NCBI GenBank assembly: GCA_046484865.1
Contig: JAWOID010000029.1
Span: 1-64,000, forward strand
Reading direction: 5' to 3'
DNA from: Candidatus Krumholzibacteriia bacterium
GTDB lineage: Bacteria > Krumholzibacteriota > Krumholzibacteriia > LZORAL124-64-63
Length of the DNA: 64,000 nt
The notes under the pieces were generated by a model that had not been told where the DNA came from, searched no databases, and worked only from the letters and a program-made list of their open reading frames with translations. Below, piece by piece: positions 1 through 8,979 of the stretch; position 1 is the first letter of the stretch, and every line of letters begins with the position of its first letter. The translations under genes were made by a program, and so were the position numbers.

Positions 1-516
1 CCGCGGCGCGTCGCGGATCATCCGCGCCGGCGCGCCGATCGTGGTCATGAAGAGGAAGAAGTCGCCGGAGTCGGGCAGGAAGCCCGCGTCCAGTTCGATG
101 GCGTGGCCGTCCTCGATGCTGGCGATGGCGTCGTCCACGTCTGAAGGTACGCCGAGCGCCCGCGCGGTGGCATTGGTGGTGCCGGTCGGCACGTGGGCCA
201 CCACCGTCCGGCCGTCGGCGCGGACGACGCCGGAGGCCACCTCCTGCACCGTGCCGTCGCCACCCACCGCCACGACCAGGCTGCAGCCGGATCGTGCCGA
301 TTCCTCGGCCGCCCGGGCGGCATCACCCGCCGCTGCGGTCTCCACGTGCGTGCACGTCCAGCCCCGGGATTCCAGGCCCTCGCCGAGTGCGCGGGCCACC
401 TTCAGCCCGCGCCCCTTGCCCGAGGCCGGATTGGCGATGATGCAGCTGCGCCGCTCGCGCAGCAGGTCGGAGCTGCGCGGCGACTCGTGCGCCGGACCGG
501 ATGAGTGGTTCGTCAT
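1..516 (-). CDS. Diacylglycerol/lipid kinase family protein (YegS/DAGK-like), truncated at window edge
   Basis: Manual translation from ATG 516 gives ...IIANPASGKG...VVAVGGDGTVQEV...HVPTGTTNATARALG, matching the NPxSG, GGDGT and PxGTxN motifs. It is absent from the ORF track because it runs off the edge. Confidence 0.85.
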   Translation of the reverse strand, partial: MTNHSSGPAHESPRSSDLLRERRSCIIANPASGKGRGLKVARALGEGLESRGWTCTHVETAAAGDAARAAEESARSGCSLVVAVGGDGTVQEVASGVVRADGRTVVAHVPTGTTNATARALGVPSDVDDAIASIEDGHAIELDAGFLPDSGDFFLFMTTIGAPARMIRDAPR

Positions 517-620
517 GGTGGGTTCATTTTAGATCCATCCGGTCGCCGTCGCCTGGGGAAAAGGCCACGATGCCGCCGCTTCGAGACGGGGACGCGAGAC
601 GTCACGATCTCCCGGACGGG

Positions 621-1394
621 CTAGGAGCGGAGATGGCTGGCGCAGTTCACGTCGATCACGCCGCCGGTCAGCGCGTCCGCTCGTCCCGACACGACGAACA
701 GCACCGTCTCGGCCACCTCCCTCACGGTGGCCGTACGCGCCAGCGGGCTCTGCCGGCGGATCTCCTCGCCGCGCGGGCTCTGCAGCACCTCGCGGGTCAT
801 GTCGGTCTCCACCCAGCCCGGTGCCACGGCCACCACGTGGATGCCGTCGCCGGCCAGCGCGAGCGCCAGCGACTGGCTCAGGCTGTTCAGTCCGGCCTTG
901 GCGGCGCCGTAGGCCGGCGCCTCGGGCTCGCCGCGAAAGGCGCCCCGGCTGGTGACGTTGACGATGTGCCCGCCGCCGGCCGCTCGCAGGTGGGGGATGG
1001 CCCCGTGGATGACGTGCGCGGCGCCGGAGAGGTTGACCGCGACGGTGCGTTCCCAGGCGGCGATCCAGCTCTCGCGCGCCAGCCCCGCGATGTCATGCAG
1101 TTCGAAGATGCCCGCATTGTTCACCACGATGTCGAGCCGCCCGAGGTGTTCGGCCGCCCGACCCGCCAGCGTTGCGGCCTGTTCCGGGTCGGCGAGGTCG
1201 GCCTGCAGCAGTCCGTGGCCGTGACCGGGCAACTGCTCGAGCACGGCCTCGGCGGCCGAGCGATCGCGCCGGCAGTGCACCGCCACCCGGGCGCCGGCGG
1301 CGGCGAACAGCTCGCAGATGCCGCGACCGATGCCACGGCTGCCGCCGGTGACCAGGGCGGTACGGGGGTAGAGGTCGACGGCGTTGCTGCCCAT
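621..1394 (-). CDS. SDR family NAD(P)-dependent oxidoreductase (FabG-like)
   Basis: Motifs TGGSRGIG, VNNAG and YGAAK. Start ATG 1394 has a GGGAG-like SD; the ORF-track extension to 1760 is not credible. Confidence 0.9.
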   Translation of the reverse strand: MGSNAVDLYPRTALVTGGSRGIGRGICELFAAAGARVAVHCRRDRSAAEAVLEQLPGHGHGLLQADLADPEQAATLAGRAAEHLGRLDIVVNNAGIFELHDIAGLARESWIAAWERTVAVNLSGAAHVIHGAIPHLRAAGGGHIVNVTSRGAFRGEPEAPAYGAAKAGLNSLSQSLALALAGDGIHVVAVAPGWVETDMTREVLQSPRGEEIRRQSPLARTATVREVAETVLFVVSGRADALTGGVIDVNCASHLRS

Positions 1395-1489
1395 CCGGTC
1401 GTCTCCCGGTGCAGGGGTGGTGGTGCCATGCTCGCGGCAGGATACGTCGCCGGGGTGCCGAAGTCCACCCGGCCGCGTCGCATCCGAAT

Positions 1490-1541
1490 GCACCGTCGAA
1501 GCGCGGCTTCCGGGCGCACCGTCGAAGCGCGACATCCGGGC
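1490..1541. repeat. Tandem duplication of a 26-bp unit (2 copies, 2 mismatches)
   Basis: GCACCGTCGAAGCGCGGCTTCCGGGC followed by GCACCGTCGAAGCGCGACATCCGGGC, intergenic. Confidence 0.8.
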
Positions 1542-1603
1542 GCGGCCCTCCGGATGGGGTCCTGTCCCCGAGCAGCGGCGGAGGCCTGCAAAGGACGCTG
1601 CCC

Positions 1604-2128
1604 TCAGCGATACAAGCGCTTGACGGTGGACCATCGGTCGCGGGTCGCGGGCACCTGCTCCGCGACGATGCGGATCTCGTGCACCACCAGCACGGCACCG
1701 GTGACGCGGATCTCGTCCAGCTCCAGCTCGGTGCAGTCGAGGACCAGTTCCTCGATCCACCGCACCGATTCGGGCACCGCCGTTACCTGTTCCGTGCCCG
1801 CGTGGTAGGCGGACAGGCCTCCGGGCGCGTCGAAGTCATAGGAGGCGAGCACGGCGGACACCGCGGTGATGCCTTCGATGGTGCTCACGTCCACCACCAG
1901 CATCCCGTCGACCACGAGCAGCGCGCCATGGTAGTCGTCCGCTTTGCAGAGGTCGGCAGCGGACTGCTCGGTGCGGCAGGACAGCCCTGCGAGCGTGAAC
2001 TCCTGGCCGCACTCGACGGGGCCGGTCTCGCCGAAGTCCAGGACGTATTCGGCAGCCGGGGCCCGCTGGTCCGGAAGACCGGCGAGCGCGCAGACCAGGA
2101 GCCAGCCCACGGTCGCGACCCGACGCAT
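1604..2128 (-). CDS. Secreted hypothetical protein with C-terminal W-x-x-V-K-x-L-Y-R tail
   Basis: SD GGGAGGTG, an N-terminal signal peptide, a beta-rich body, and C-terminus ...PATRDRWSTVKRLYR. Confidence 0.75.
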   Translation of the reverse strand: MRRVATVGWLLVCALAGLPDQRAPAAEYVLDFGETGPVECGQEFTLAGLSCRTEQSAADLCKADDYHGALLVVDGMLVVDVSTIEGITAVSAVLASYDFDAPGGLSAYHAGTEQVTAVPESVRWIEELVLDCTELELDEIRVTGAVLVVHEIRIVAEQVPATRDRWSTVKRLYR

Positions 2129-2225
2129 GTCTCACCTCCCGACGCAATGAGGAGCGTGCTCCAGCCTGTTAGTCATGATGCGTCAGCGCGGAAGGAGTCG
2201 CCAGGGGACTGCCGGCGCCGTGATC

Positions 2226-3644
2226 TCAGCCGGCTGCCGGCGCCTCCCGCGAACCCCCGCGCACGTACACGCGCAGGCGCCACAGCAGCAGCGCCAGGAA
2301 TGCGGTCCCGCCGAGGAAGTCGCCGACCGCCATCCCGTACCAGCCCCCGGCCAGCTCGCCGGAAAGACTGAGGCCCACGTACACGCCCAGCGGCTCCATC
2401 ACCACGCGCAGCACGGTGTTGGGCACCATGCCCGCCAGCCCGTTGCCGCGTGCCTGGAACCAGAAGGCCGTGACGTTGACCACCGAGAGCATCGGCCGCG
2501 CCAGCGTGACCCAGCGCGCCAGGGGTACGCCGGCGGCGATCACGGCCGGGTCGTCGGTGAAGATGCCCATGACCGCCTCGGGAAACGCGATCACGGGGAT
2601 CGCCAGGGCGGCCAGCAGGCTCAGGCAGAACGCCAGCGTGGTGAGGGTGATGGTGCGCACCCGTTCGCGACGGCCGGCCCCGTGGTTCTGTCCCACCATG
2701 ATCATCATGCTCAGCGAGATGCCCAGCGTGGGCAGGAAGACGAAGCTCAGCAGGCGGATCCCGGCTCCGAAAGCCGCCAGCGCCGCCGTGCCGTAGGGCA
2801 CCAGCATGTGATTGATGAGGTACACGGAGACCGGCATGGCCAGGTTCGCCACCAGCGCCGGGCCGGCGATGGCGCCCAGCGCGCGCAGCAGACCCGGGTC
2901 GAAGCGCCACGCGGAGCGGTCCAGCCGCACCTCGCGGTGCGGGTTGCGCAGTTCCCGGGCCACCAGCGTCGCGGCCACCGCGATGGTCAGCAGCGTGGTC
3001 AGCGCCGCGCCCGCCACCCCCAGCCGGGGGAACGGTCCGGGGCCGAAGATGAAGAGCGGGTCCAGGATGACGTTCAGTCCGAGCGCCGCCGCCATCACCT
3101 TGAACGGGAAGATGGTGTCGCCCTCGCCGCGGAAGAGGGCGTTCGTGCTCATGGTGTAGAGGCTGAAGATGCTGCCCAGATAGTAGATGGTGCCGTACTG
3201 CACGGCTAGACGCACCACCTCGGGATCCGCATCGGTGCTGGCGAGGGCCGGACGCAGAGCCAGGATCCCCAGTGGTGTGATCACCACGCCCAGCACCACG
3301 ACGGTCAGGTGGACGTGGAGCACCAGGTTCCTGACCTGCCGGTCCGAGCCGCCGCCGATGAGGCGCGACACGACCGAGGTGGCCGAGGTGCCGAGCGCCC
3401 CGGCGATGGTGTGCAGCAGATAGGTGATGGGGAAGGCCAGGCTCACCGCCGCCATGGCCTCCTTGCTGAAGCGCCCCAGGTACAGCATGTCGACCAGGCC
3501 GAAGCTCGTCACCAGGAGCATCCCCATGATCATCGGGATGCTCAACCCGAGCAGCGTCTTCGTCACCGGCCCCTCGAGGACGGGATTGCGGCCGGCGGCG
3601 TCGCGCCGGGCGGCACGACGCAGGCGTTCGAGGATGCCGGGCAC
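2226..3644 (-). CDS. MATE family efflux transporter
   Basis: About 12 hydrophobic segments, with motifs LxxPxI...VDMLYLGR, FRGEGDT, NVILDPLFIFG...LGVAGAA and GQNHGAG. The start overlaps the stop of the upstream peptidase. Confidence 0.92.
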   Translation of the reverse strand: MPGILERLRRAARRDAAGRNPVLEGPVTKTLLGLSIPMIMGMLLVTSFGLVDMLYLGRFSKEAMAAVSLAFPITYLLHTIAGALGTSATSVVSRLIGGGSDRQVRNLVLHVHLTVVVLGVVITPLGILALRPALASTDADPEVVRLAVQYGTIYYLGSIFSLYTMSTNALFRGEGDTIFPFKVMAAALGLNVILDPLFIFGPGPFPRLGVAGAALTTLLTIAVAATLVARELRNPHREVRLDRSAWRFDPGLLRALGAIAGPALVANLAMPVSVYLINHMLVPYGTAALAAFGAGIRLLSFVFLPTLGISLSMMIMVGQNHGAGRRERVRTITLTTLAFCLSLLAALAIPVIAFPEAVMGIFTDDPAVIAAGVPLARWVTLARPMLSVVNVTAFWFQARGNGLAGMVPNTVLRVVMEPLGVYVGLSLSGELAGGWYGMAVGDFLGGTAFLALLLWRLRVYVRGGSREAPAAG

Positions 3645-5122
3645 TAGTGCGTGCTCCCTCCCGGCGCGGGCGGCACGGCCAGATCGCGGAGCGACTGCGG
3701 AGCCTCCGCCACGGCGTAGATCAGCGCCGCCACCGCCGCCACGTTCTGCGCGAGGTGAGCGGGGTCGATCTTGTCGAACGTGTCCGCGGGGCTGTGGTGG
3801 TAGTGGAAGTAGCGGTCGCCATGCACGCGGTGGCCCACGCCCGGCACGCCCTCCTCGACGACCGGCTGGATGTCCACGCCCGCCCAGCCCTGTTCGATTT
3901 CCAGGGCTTCGCTGCGTTCCAGGTGCGGGGCGAGCAGCGGCGAGATGACGGCGCCGATCTCCTGCAGGTGGGCGAGCACCGGCTCGGAGGCCCGCACGCC
4001 GAACCCGCGGGGCGCGAAGGCGCCGGAGTCGCTCTCAAGGGCCAGCACGTGACGCGGCAACTCGCCGGCGTGGAGATCGCGGTAGGCTCGACCGCCGTGG
4101 CCGCCGATCTCCTCCGCCGTGTACAGGACCACGCGCAGCGTGCGCCGCGGCACCAGATCCAGGTCCTTCAGCAGCCGCACGGCCGCCAGGGCGATCAGGC
4201 AGCCGGCGCCGTCGTCGTGGGCGCCGGTGCCCGTGTCCCAGGCGTCGAGGTGCCCCGCCACCAGCACGATCTGGTCCGGCTGTTCGCGGCCGCGCACGTC
4301 GCCCAGCGTGTTCAGGCAGGGGCCGTCGCCCAGGTTGCGGGCCTCCATCATCAGCCGCACCCTCGGCTTCAGGCCGGCATCGGCGAGCCGGCGCAGGCGA
4401 CCGGCGTCCTCCACGGTGATCGCGGCGACGGGGATCCGCGGCGCCGTCTCGTCGTATCGCATCATGCCGGTGTGCGGCGTGGCCAGACTGGAGTCGGTGA
4501 CGGACCGGATCAGGCACGCCACGGCACCGTGGCGGGCGGCCGCGCTCGCCCCGTCGCCGCGGTACCGCACGGTCTTGCCGTAGCCCTCCCAGGGAGGATC
4601 GAACAGGACGATCTTGCCGGCCGCCTCGGCGGCTCTCGCCTCGAGTTCCTCGAAGTCGCGCACCGCGAGCACCTCGGCCTCGATCCCCCCCGGGCCGGTG
4701 CCGTCGCTCTGGCCGAGTCCCAGCATGTCCAGGTCGAACGGCACCGGGTCGGTGCAGCGGGCCCATTCGCGGCCGCGCTCCCAGACCGGCACGGTGACCG
4801 GTTCGGTCCATACGGAGTCGAAGCCCGCCTCGGTCATCGTCGTCGCCGCCCAGGCGGACGCCCGGCGCATACCCTCGGATCCCGTCAGACGGGCACCCAC
4901 GTGGTCGCACAGTTCGCCCAGGCGCTCGTATGCCCAGGGGTCGTTCAGCGCCCGCTGGACGATGGAGTCGAGCGCCGGGGTGAGCGTGGCCACGGCTTCG
5001 ACGGACGAGCCGTCCGGACCGGCCGCAGCCGCGGCTCCGACAGCGCCCCAGCCGGTGGTGGCGATGGTCACGACGATGGCGGCGGCGGCGAGGCGCACCA
5101 GGTTGCTGCAAAGCTCGGACAT
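3644..5122 (-). CDS. Secreted M28 family metallopeptidase with PA domain (carboxypeptidase Q-like)
   Basis: Signal peptide; metal-ligand motifs GHLDAWD, GAHDDGAG, TAEEIG, ESDSG and YHHSPADT. Confidence 0.9.
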   Translation of the reverse strand: MSELCSNLVRLAAAAIVVTIATTGWGAVGAAAAAGPDGSSVEAVATLTPALDSIVQRALNDPWAYERLGELCDHVGARLTGSEGMRRASAWAATTMTEAGFDSVWTEPVTVPVWERGREWARCTDPVPFDLDMLGLGQSDGTGPGGIEAEVLAVRDFEELEARAAEAAGKIVLFDPPWEGYGKTVRYRGDGASAAARHGAVACLIRSVTDSSLATPHTGMMRYDETAPRIPVAAITVEDAGRLRRLADAGLKPRVRLMMEARNLGDGPCLNTLGDVRGREQPDQIVLVAGHLDAWDTGTGAHDDGAGCLIALAAVRLLKDLDLVPRRTLRVVLYTAEEIGGHGGRAYRDLHAGELPRHVLALESDSGAFAPRGFGVRASEPVLAHLQEIGAVISPLLAPHLERSEALEIEQGWAGVDIQPVVEEGVPGVGHRVHGDRYFHYHHSPADTFDKIDPAHLAQNVAAVAALIYAVAEAPQSLRDLAVPPAPGGSTH

Positions 5123-5361
5123 TGAACGTCTCCTGGATGGACTGGCGGGCGATCGGACACACGCGGCATACCTGAGCGCGTGGTCGCAAGGGCGCCACGA
5201 ATATATGCCAAGTTCCGTCCGCCGGCTCGGCGTTTCCCGGCGCGGCCCCCCGCGGGGAGGGGCCGTTCGCCGTGTCGCCGCCCCGGGGCGGCAACCCGAT
5301 CGCGTCAGCAGCGTAACGGGAAGCGTGGTCCCGCCGCTCCGTCCCTCGCCGGGAGGCGTGC

Positions 5362-6738
5362 ATGATCGGCAAGATTCTCGTTCCGCTCCCGTCCCTGCTG
5401 GCCCTGGCCCTCGCCGCCTCGCCGGCGGTGGCCGCCGCCGCGTCGGTCACGACGCCGGACACGGCGCTGGCATCTCCCACCGGCGCTGCCGCCGCCGGGG
5501 CGGTCGCGGCAGCCGCAGCCGAAGGATCGGTCCTCTTCCGACTGACCGAGCCGCAGGAACTGGCGGCCCTGCTTGGTCCGGCCAGCGACGACAGCAGCTT
5601 CGCCGATGGCGGCATGGAGTTCACGATGCGGCGCTGGCCGGGCGTGCGGGCCCTGTTCGGACGCATGCGCGACGACGCGGCTCCGTTCACGCTCATGCGA
5701 CTGTACGCCGGGGACGAGGAACTGGACATCGGGCAGCATCGTCCGCTGGTTCTTCGCCATGCCGGCGACCTGATCAAGATCGACGGTCACCACGGACTGC
5801 AGGGAGTCTCGCTGGAGCGGGTGGATCTGCGGGACCACGGCCCCTTCCTCCGGCAGCAGCGGTTCGACTCGCGCACCCGGTGGCCCGCCCCCGACCGGCT
5901 TCCCGCCGGCTTCGATCCCGCCGAGCTGCTGGCGAGGGGGCGCACGCCTGGCCTTGGCATCGGCACGTTGCACGAGCAGGGGATCGACGGCCGCGGCGTC
6001 GGCATCGCCGTCATCGATCAGCCGCTGCTGCTCGGACACGAGGAGTACGCCCATGCGATCGTGCGCTACGACGCCACCGGGCTGGCGGGCTGGCGGCCGC
6101 AGATGCATGCCTCGCCGGTGGCCTCGCTCGCGGTGGGGCGCACGATGGGGGTGGCGCCCGCGGCGGAACTCTCTTTCTTCGCCGTGCCGATGTGGCAGGG
6201 GGACAATGCGCCCTACACGGCCGCCTTGCGGAAGATCATCGCCCTGAACCGCACCCTGCCCGCCGACCAGCGCATCCGCGCGGTCAGCATCTCCAGCGGC
6301 AGCTTCGCGCGGCAGCCCGGCTTCGCTGGGTTCGAGGCGGCCCTGGCGGAGGCCGAGGCGGCCGGGGTACTGGTGGTGACCTGCGCACGGGATCGCATCC
6401 GGTATGGCCTCTTGAGGCGACGTGCCGGCGCCGATCCCGACGATCTCGCCGGTTGGGAACCGGGACGCTACTGCTGGGAGGACGACGCCTTGCGCGTGCC
6501 TGCCGGCGGCCGGACCCTGGCGAGCCACGAGGGTACGGACGTGTACGTGTACGAGGTGGACGGCGGCATGAGCTGGGGCGCACCCGTGATCGCGGGCCTG
6601 GCGGCGCTCTGCTTCCAGGTGGCGCCGCAGCTCACTCCGGCCGAGGTGACGAGTCTCCTGGCAGCGGCGGCGACGCCGTGTGAGGCGGGGCCGGTGATCG
6701 ATCCCCGGCGACTCGTCCAGCTGGCCCGCGCACGGTGA
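5362..6738 (+). CDS. Secreted divergent S8 (subtilisin-like) peptidase
   Basis: Signal peptide; GIDGRGVGIAVID (Asp), MHASPVAS (His), GVAPAA and GGMSWGAPVIAG (Ser). SD GGGAGG. Confidence 0.8.
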   Translation: MIGKILVPLPSLLALALAASPAVAAAASVTTPDTALASPTGAAAAGAVAAAAAEGSVLFRLTEPQELAALLGPASDDSSFADGGMEFTMRRWPGVRALFGRMRDDAAPFTLMRLYAGDEELDIGQHRPLVLRHAGDLIKIDGHHGLQGVSLERVDLRDHGPFLRQQRFDSRTRWPAPDRLPAGFDPAELLARGRTPGLGIGTLHEQGIDGRGVGIAVIDQPLLLGHEEYAHAIVRYDATGLAGWRPQMHASPVASLAVGRTMGVAPAAELSFFAVPMWQGDNAPYTAALRKIIALNRTLPADQRIRAVSISSGSFARQPGFAGFEAALAEAEAAGVLVVTCARDRIRYGLLRRRAGADPDDLAGWEPGRYCWEDDALRVPAGGRTLASHEGTDVYVYEVDGGMSWGAPVIAGLAALCFQVAPQLTPAEVTSLLAAAATPCEAGPVIDPRRLVQLARAR

Positions 6739-6760
6739 CCGGCTCCGGCGCCGTCGACAA

Positions 6761-6786
6761 GAAGGAGCGCCCGCGGGCGCTCCTTC
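6761..6786. terminator. Perfect 26-bp palindrome between convergent genes, likely bidirectional terminator
   Basis: GAAGGAGCGCCCGCGGGCGCTCCTTC is its own reverse complement and lies between the S8 and rocD stops. Confidence 0.65.
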
Positions 6787-6810
6787 CGTCCTCTTCCCTT
6801 CCGCCGCAGG

Positions 6811-8058
6811 TCAACCTGCGCTGCGGTCCAGCCGGTCGAACACCTTCTTGATCTTCCTGAGGGCCAGGTTCAGTTCCTTCTTCGTGATGACCAGCGGCGG
6901 AGCCAGCCGGATGACGTTCTCGTGCGTCTCCTTGCAGAGGACGCCCTCCTCCATCAGCGCCTCGCAGAACGGCCGCGCCTTGCGGTCGAGGACCAGCCCG
7001 ATCCACAGTCCCTTGCCGCGCACCGTCACGATGCTCGGATAGCGCAGCTCGTTCAGCTTCTCCATGAACCAGGGACCGAGCCGGGCGCTGTTCTTCACCA
7101 GGTCCTCGTCCAGCAGCACCTGGATGGCCTCCCGCGCCACCGCCATGCCCAGCGGATTGCCCCCGAAGGTGGAGCCGTGGTCGCCGGGATGGAACACGCC
7201 CATCACCTCGTCGGTGCTCAGGAACGCCGAGACGGGGTAGAAGCCGCCGCTGAGCGCCTTGCCGACGATGACCCCGTCCGGCCGCACGCCTTCCCACTCG
7301 TAAGCGAAGAGCTTGCCGGTGCGGCCGAGGCCCGACTGGATCTCGTCACAGATGAGCAGCACGTTGCGCTCGCGGCAGATCTGCTCCGCCTCCTTCAGGA
7401 ATCCTTCGGGCGGGATGATGATCCCCGACTCGCCCTGGATCGGCTCCACGAGGAAGGCCACGGTGTGGTCGGTGATGGCCTCCCGCAGCGCACCGGCGTC
7501 GCCGAACGGAATGACCTTGAAGCCCGGGGTGAAGGGGCCGAAGCCGTCGCGGTACTGCTCGTCGGTGGAGAAGCTGACGATCGTGATGGTGCGTCCGTGG
7601 AAGTTGCCGGCGCAGGCGATGATCTCGCCCTGGTGCTGCGGTACGCCCTTCACCTTCTCGCCCCACTTGCGGGCGGCCTTGAGCGCCGTCTCGACCGCCT
7701 CGGCGCCGCTGTTCATGGGCAGCACCTTGGGGTAGCCGGTCAACTCGCTGACCTCGCGGCAGAACAGCGGGAGTTGATCGTTGCAGAAGGCGCGGCTGGT
7801 GAGGGTCACGCGCTTGGCCTGCCTTCGCAGGGCCTTGAGGATCCGCGGGTGGGCGTGCCCCTGGTTGACGGCGCTGTAGGCGGCCAGGAAGTCCATGTAG
7901 CGGCGCCCCTCCACGTCCTCCACCCACACGCCTTCGGCCTTCCGGATCACGATGTCGAGCGGATGGTAGTTGTGCGCGCCGTACTGGTCTTCGACCTCGA
8001 TGTACTCGGGCGTCTTCTCGAGCTTCTTGACGGCAGGCGTCTTCACGGCGGTCTTCAT
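6811..8058 (-). CDS. rocD: Ornithine--oxo-acid aminotransferase
   Basis: GAHNYHPL, YSAVNQGH, MNSGAEAVETA, EPIQGE, DEIQSGLGRTG, GKALSGG (PLP Lys) and HGSTFGGNPL. ATG 8058 follows SD GAGGAGAGG. Confidence 0.95.
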   Translation of the reverse strand: MKTAVKTPAVKKLEKTPEYIEVEDQYGAHNYHPLDIVIRKAEGVWVEDVEGRRYMDFLAAYSAVNQGHAHPRILKALRRQAKRVTLTSRAFCNDQLPLFCREVSELTGYPKVLPMNSGAEAVETALKAARKWGEKVKGVPQHQGEIIACAGNFHGRTITIVSFSTDEQYRDGFGPFTPGFKVIPFGDAGALREAITDHTVAFLVEPIQGESGIIIPPEGFLKEAEQICRERNVLLICDEIQSGLGRTGKLFAYEWEGVRPDGVIVGKALSGGFYPVSAFLSTDEVMGVFHPGDHGSTFGGNPLGMAVAREAIQVLLDEDLVKNSARLGPWFMEKLNELRYPSIVTVRGKGLWIGLVLDRKARPFCEALMEEGVLCKETHENVIRLAPPLVITKKELNLALRKIKKVFDRLDRSAG

Positions 8059-8234
8059 GACCTCTCCTCGCAGGGGTGGCGACAGTTCCCGCCCGCCGGA
8101 AGCGGGCGGTGTCCGGCCGCGCTCGGGCAGGTGCCGGATGGTCGGGAAATCCGCCTCAAAGATAGCGGTGGGTCGAGGCAAGTCCAGCGCAGCGGGCTCG
8201 GCCACCGCCCCCGGAATCTTTTTCGAAAATAGAC

Positions 8235-8267
8235 TTGACAGAACAAAGTACTTTGAATTATAAAGTA
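8235..8267 (+). promoter_or_regulatory. Sigma-70-type promoter overlapped by palindromic operator
   Basis: TTGACA (8235-8240), 18 bp, then TATAAA (8259-8264). Inverted repeat TACTTT-N7-AAAGTA at 8249-8267 sits in a strikingly AT-rich patch. A minus-strand TATAAT (8257-8262) faces rocD. Confidence 0.7.
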
Positions 8268-8270
8268 TAC

Positions 8271-8455
8271 GTGGTCGGGAACGGAGACCCGCCACGGCGA
8301 AGGTGGACCAAGGACAGGACGTCAGGTTCACGATGATGCCGGGCCCCGAAGGAGCGAGGCGCAAGCCGGGGCCTCCACGAGGAGTCGGGAACGGAAGCCC
8401 GAGCGGCGAGGGGGGGCGGAGACCACTGGTCCTGGGTGCCAGCCGCCCCCCTTTC
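8271..8455 (+). ncRNA. Candidate structured sRNA or leader RNA (GGA-rich, twin hairpins, ending in a terminator-like hairpin)
   Basis: It begins just after the promoter. GTCGGGAACGGA is repeated at 8274 and 8384, each closing a CGGG/CCCG stem. There are 10 GGA trinucleotides and a GC stem (8408-8419 / 8443-8455). I do not recognise the family. Confidence 0.45.
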
Positions 8456-8534
8456 ATCATCTGCGAGTTCGGATCGAACGCGCCACCGGACGGATCCGAG
8501 CTAGAGCACGTCGCCGGCAAGGAGGCCGCAAGAC

Positions 8535-8864
8535 GTGCCCCGAACTCCCGCTCATGCGGGAGAGGGCGACGGACCGCTCTCTTCCCTGATCCACGGGCGA
8601 GTCCGCCTGCTGGTGCTGTCGCGCCTGCTGACAGCCGACCGGCCGCACTCATTCACCGAACTGCGCGACGGGCTCGGTCTCACCGACGGAACGCTCTCGA
8701 TCCACCTGCAGAAGCTCGAGACGGCGGGCATCTTGGCGCTGGAGAAGCGGTTCGTGGAGAAGCGGCCGCAGACGCTGGTGCACGTTACCGACCAGGGGCG
8801 GGCGGACTTCGCTCGATACGTGGAGGAGTTGCGGCGCATCGTGCCCGGTCTGCGGACCGGGTGA
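8535..8864 (+). CDS. Winged-helix transcriptional regulator (HTH_34/ArsR-MarR-like)
   Basis: LIHGRVRLLVLS...FTELRDGLGLTDGTLSIHLQKLE.AG...T..GR..F..Y. GTG start after GGAGG. Confidence 0.88.
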   Translation: MPRTPAHAGEGDGPLSSLIHGRVRLLVLSRLLTADRPHSFTELRDGLGLTDGTLSIHLQKLETAGILALEKRFVEKRPQTLVHVTDQGRADFARYVEELRRIVPGLRTG

Positions 8865-8979
8865 CCCGCCGGTGTCGGGAGTTCCCCACCCGTGAGCGCA
8901 GGCGGCCCGGCCGAACGCCGGCGGCGATCAACGTGCGGCCTGCGGCACCCTCGCCAGGGCCACTCACCAATGATGCGAG

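Noticed and set aside
8300..8309. T-box-like AAGGTGGACC, and SRP-like or guanidine-II-like resemblance of the 8271-8455 RNA
   Set aside because: It lacks the N of UGGNACC and a stem I, the SRP core is not matched, and the loops are 8 nt rather than ACGR tetraloops.
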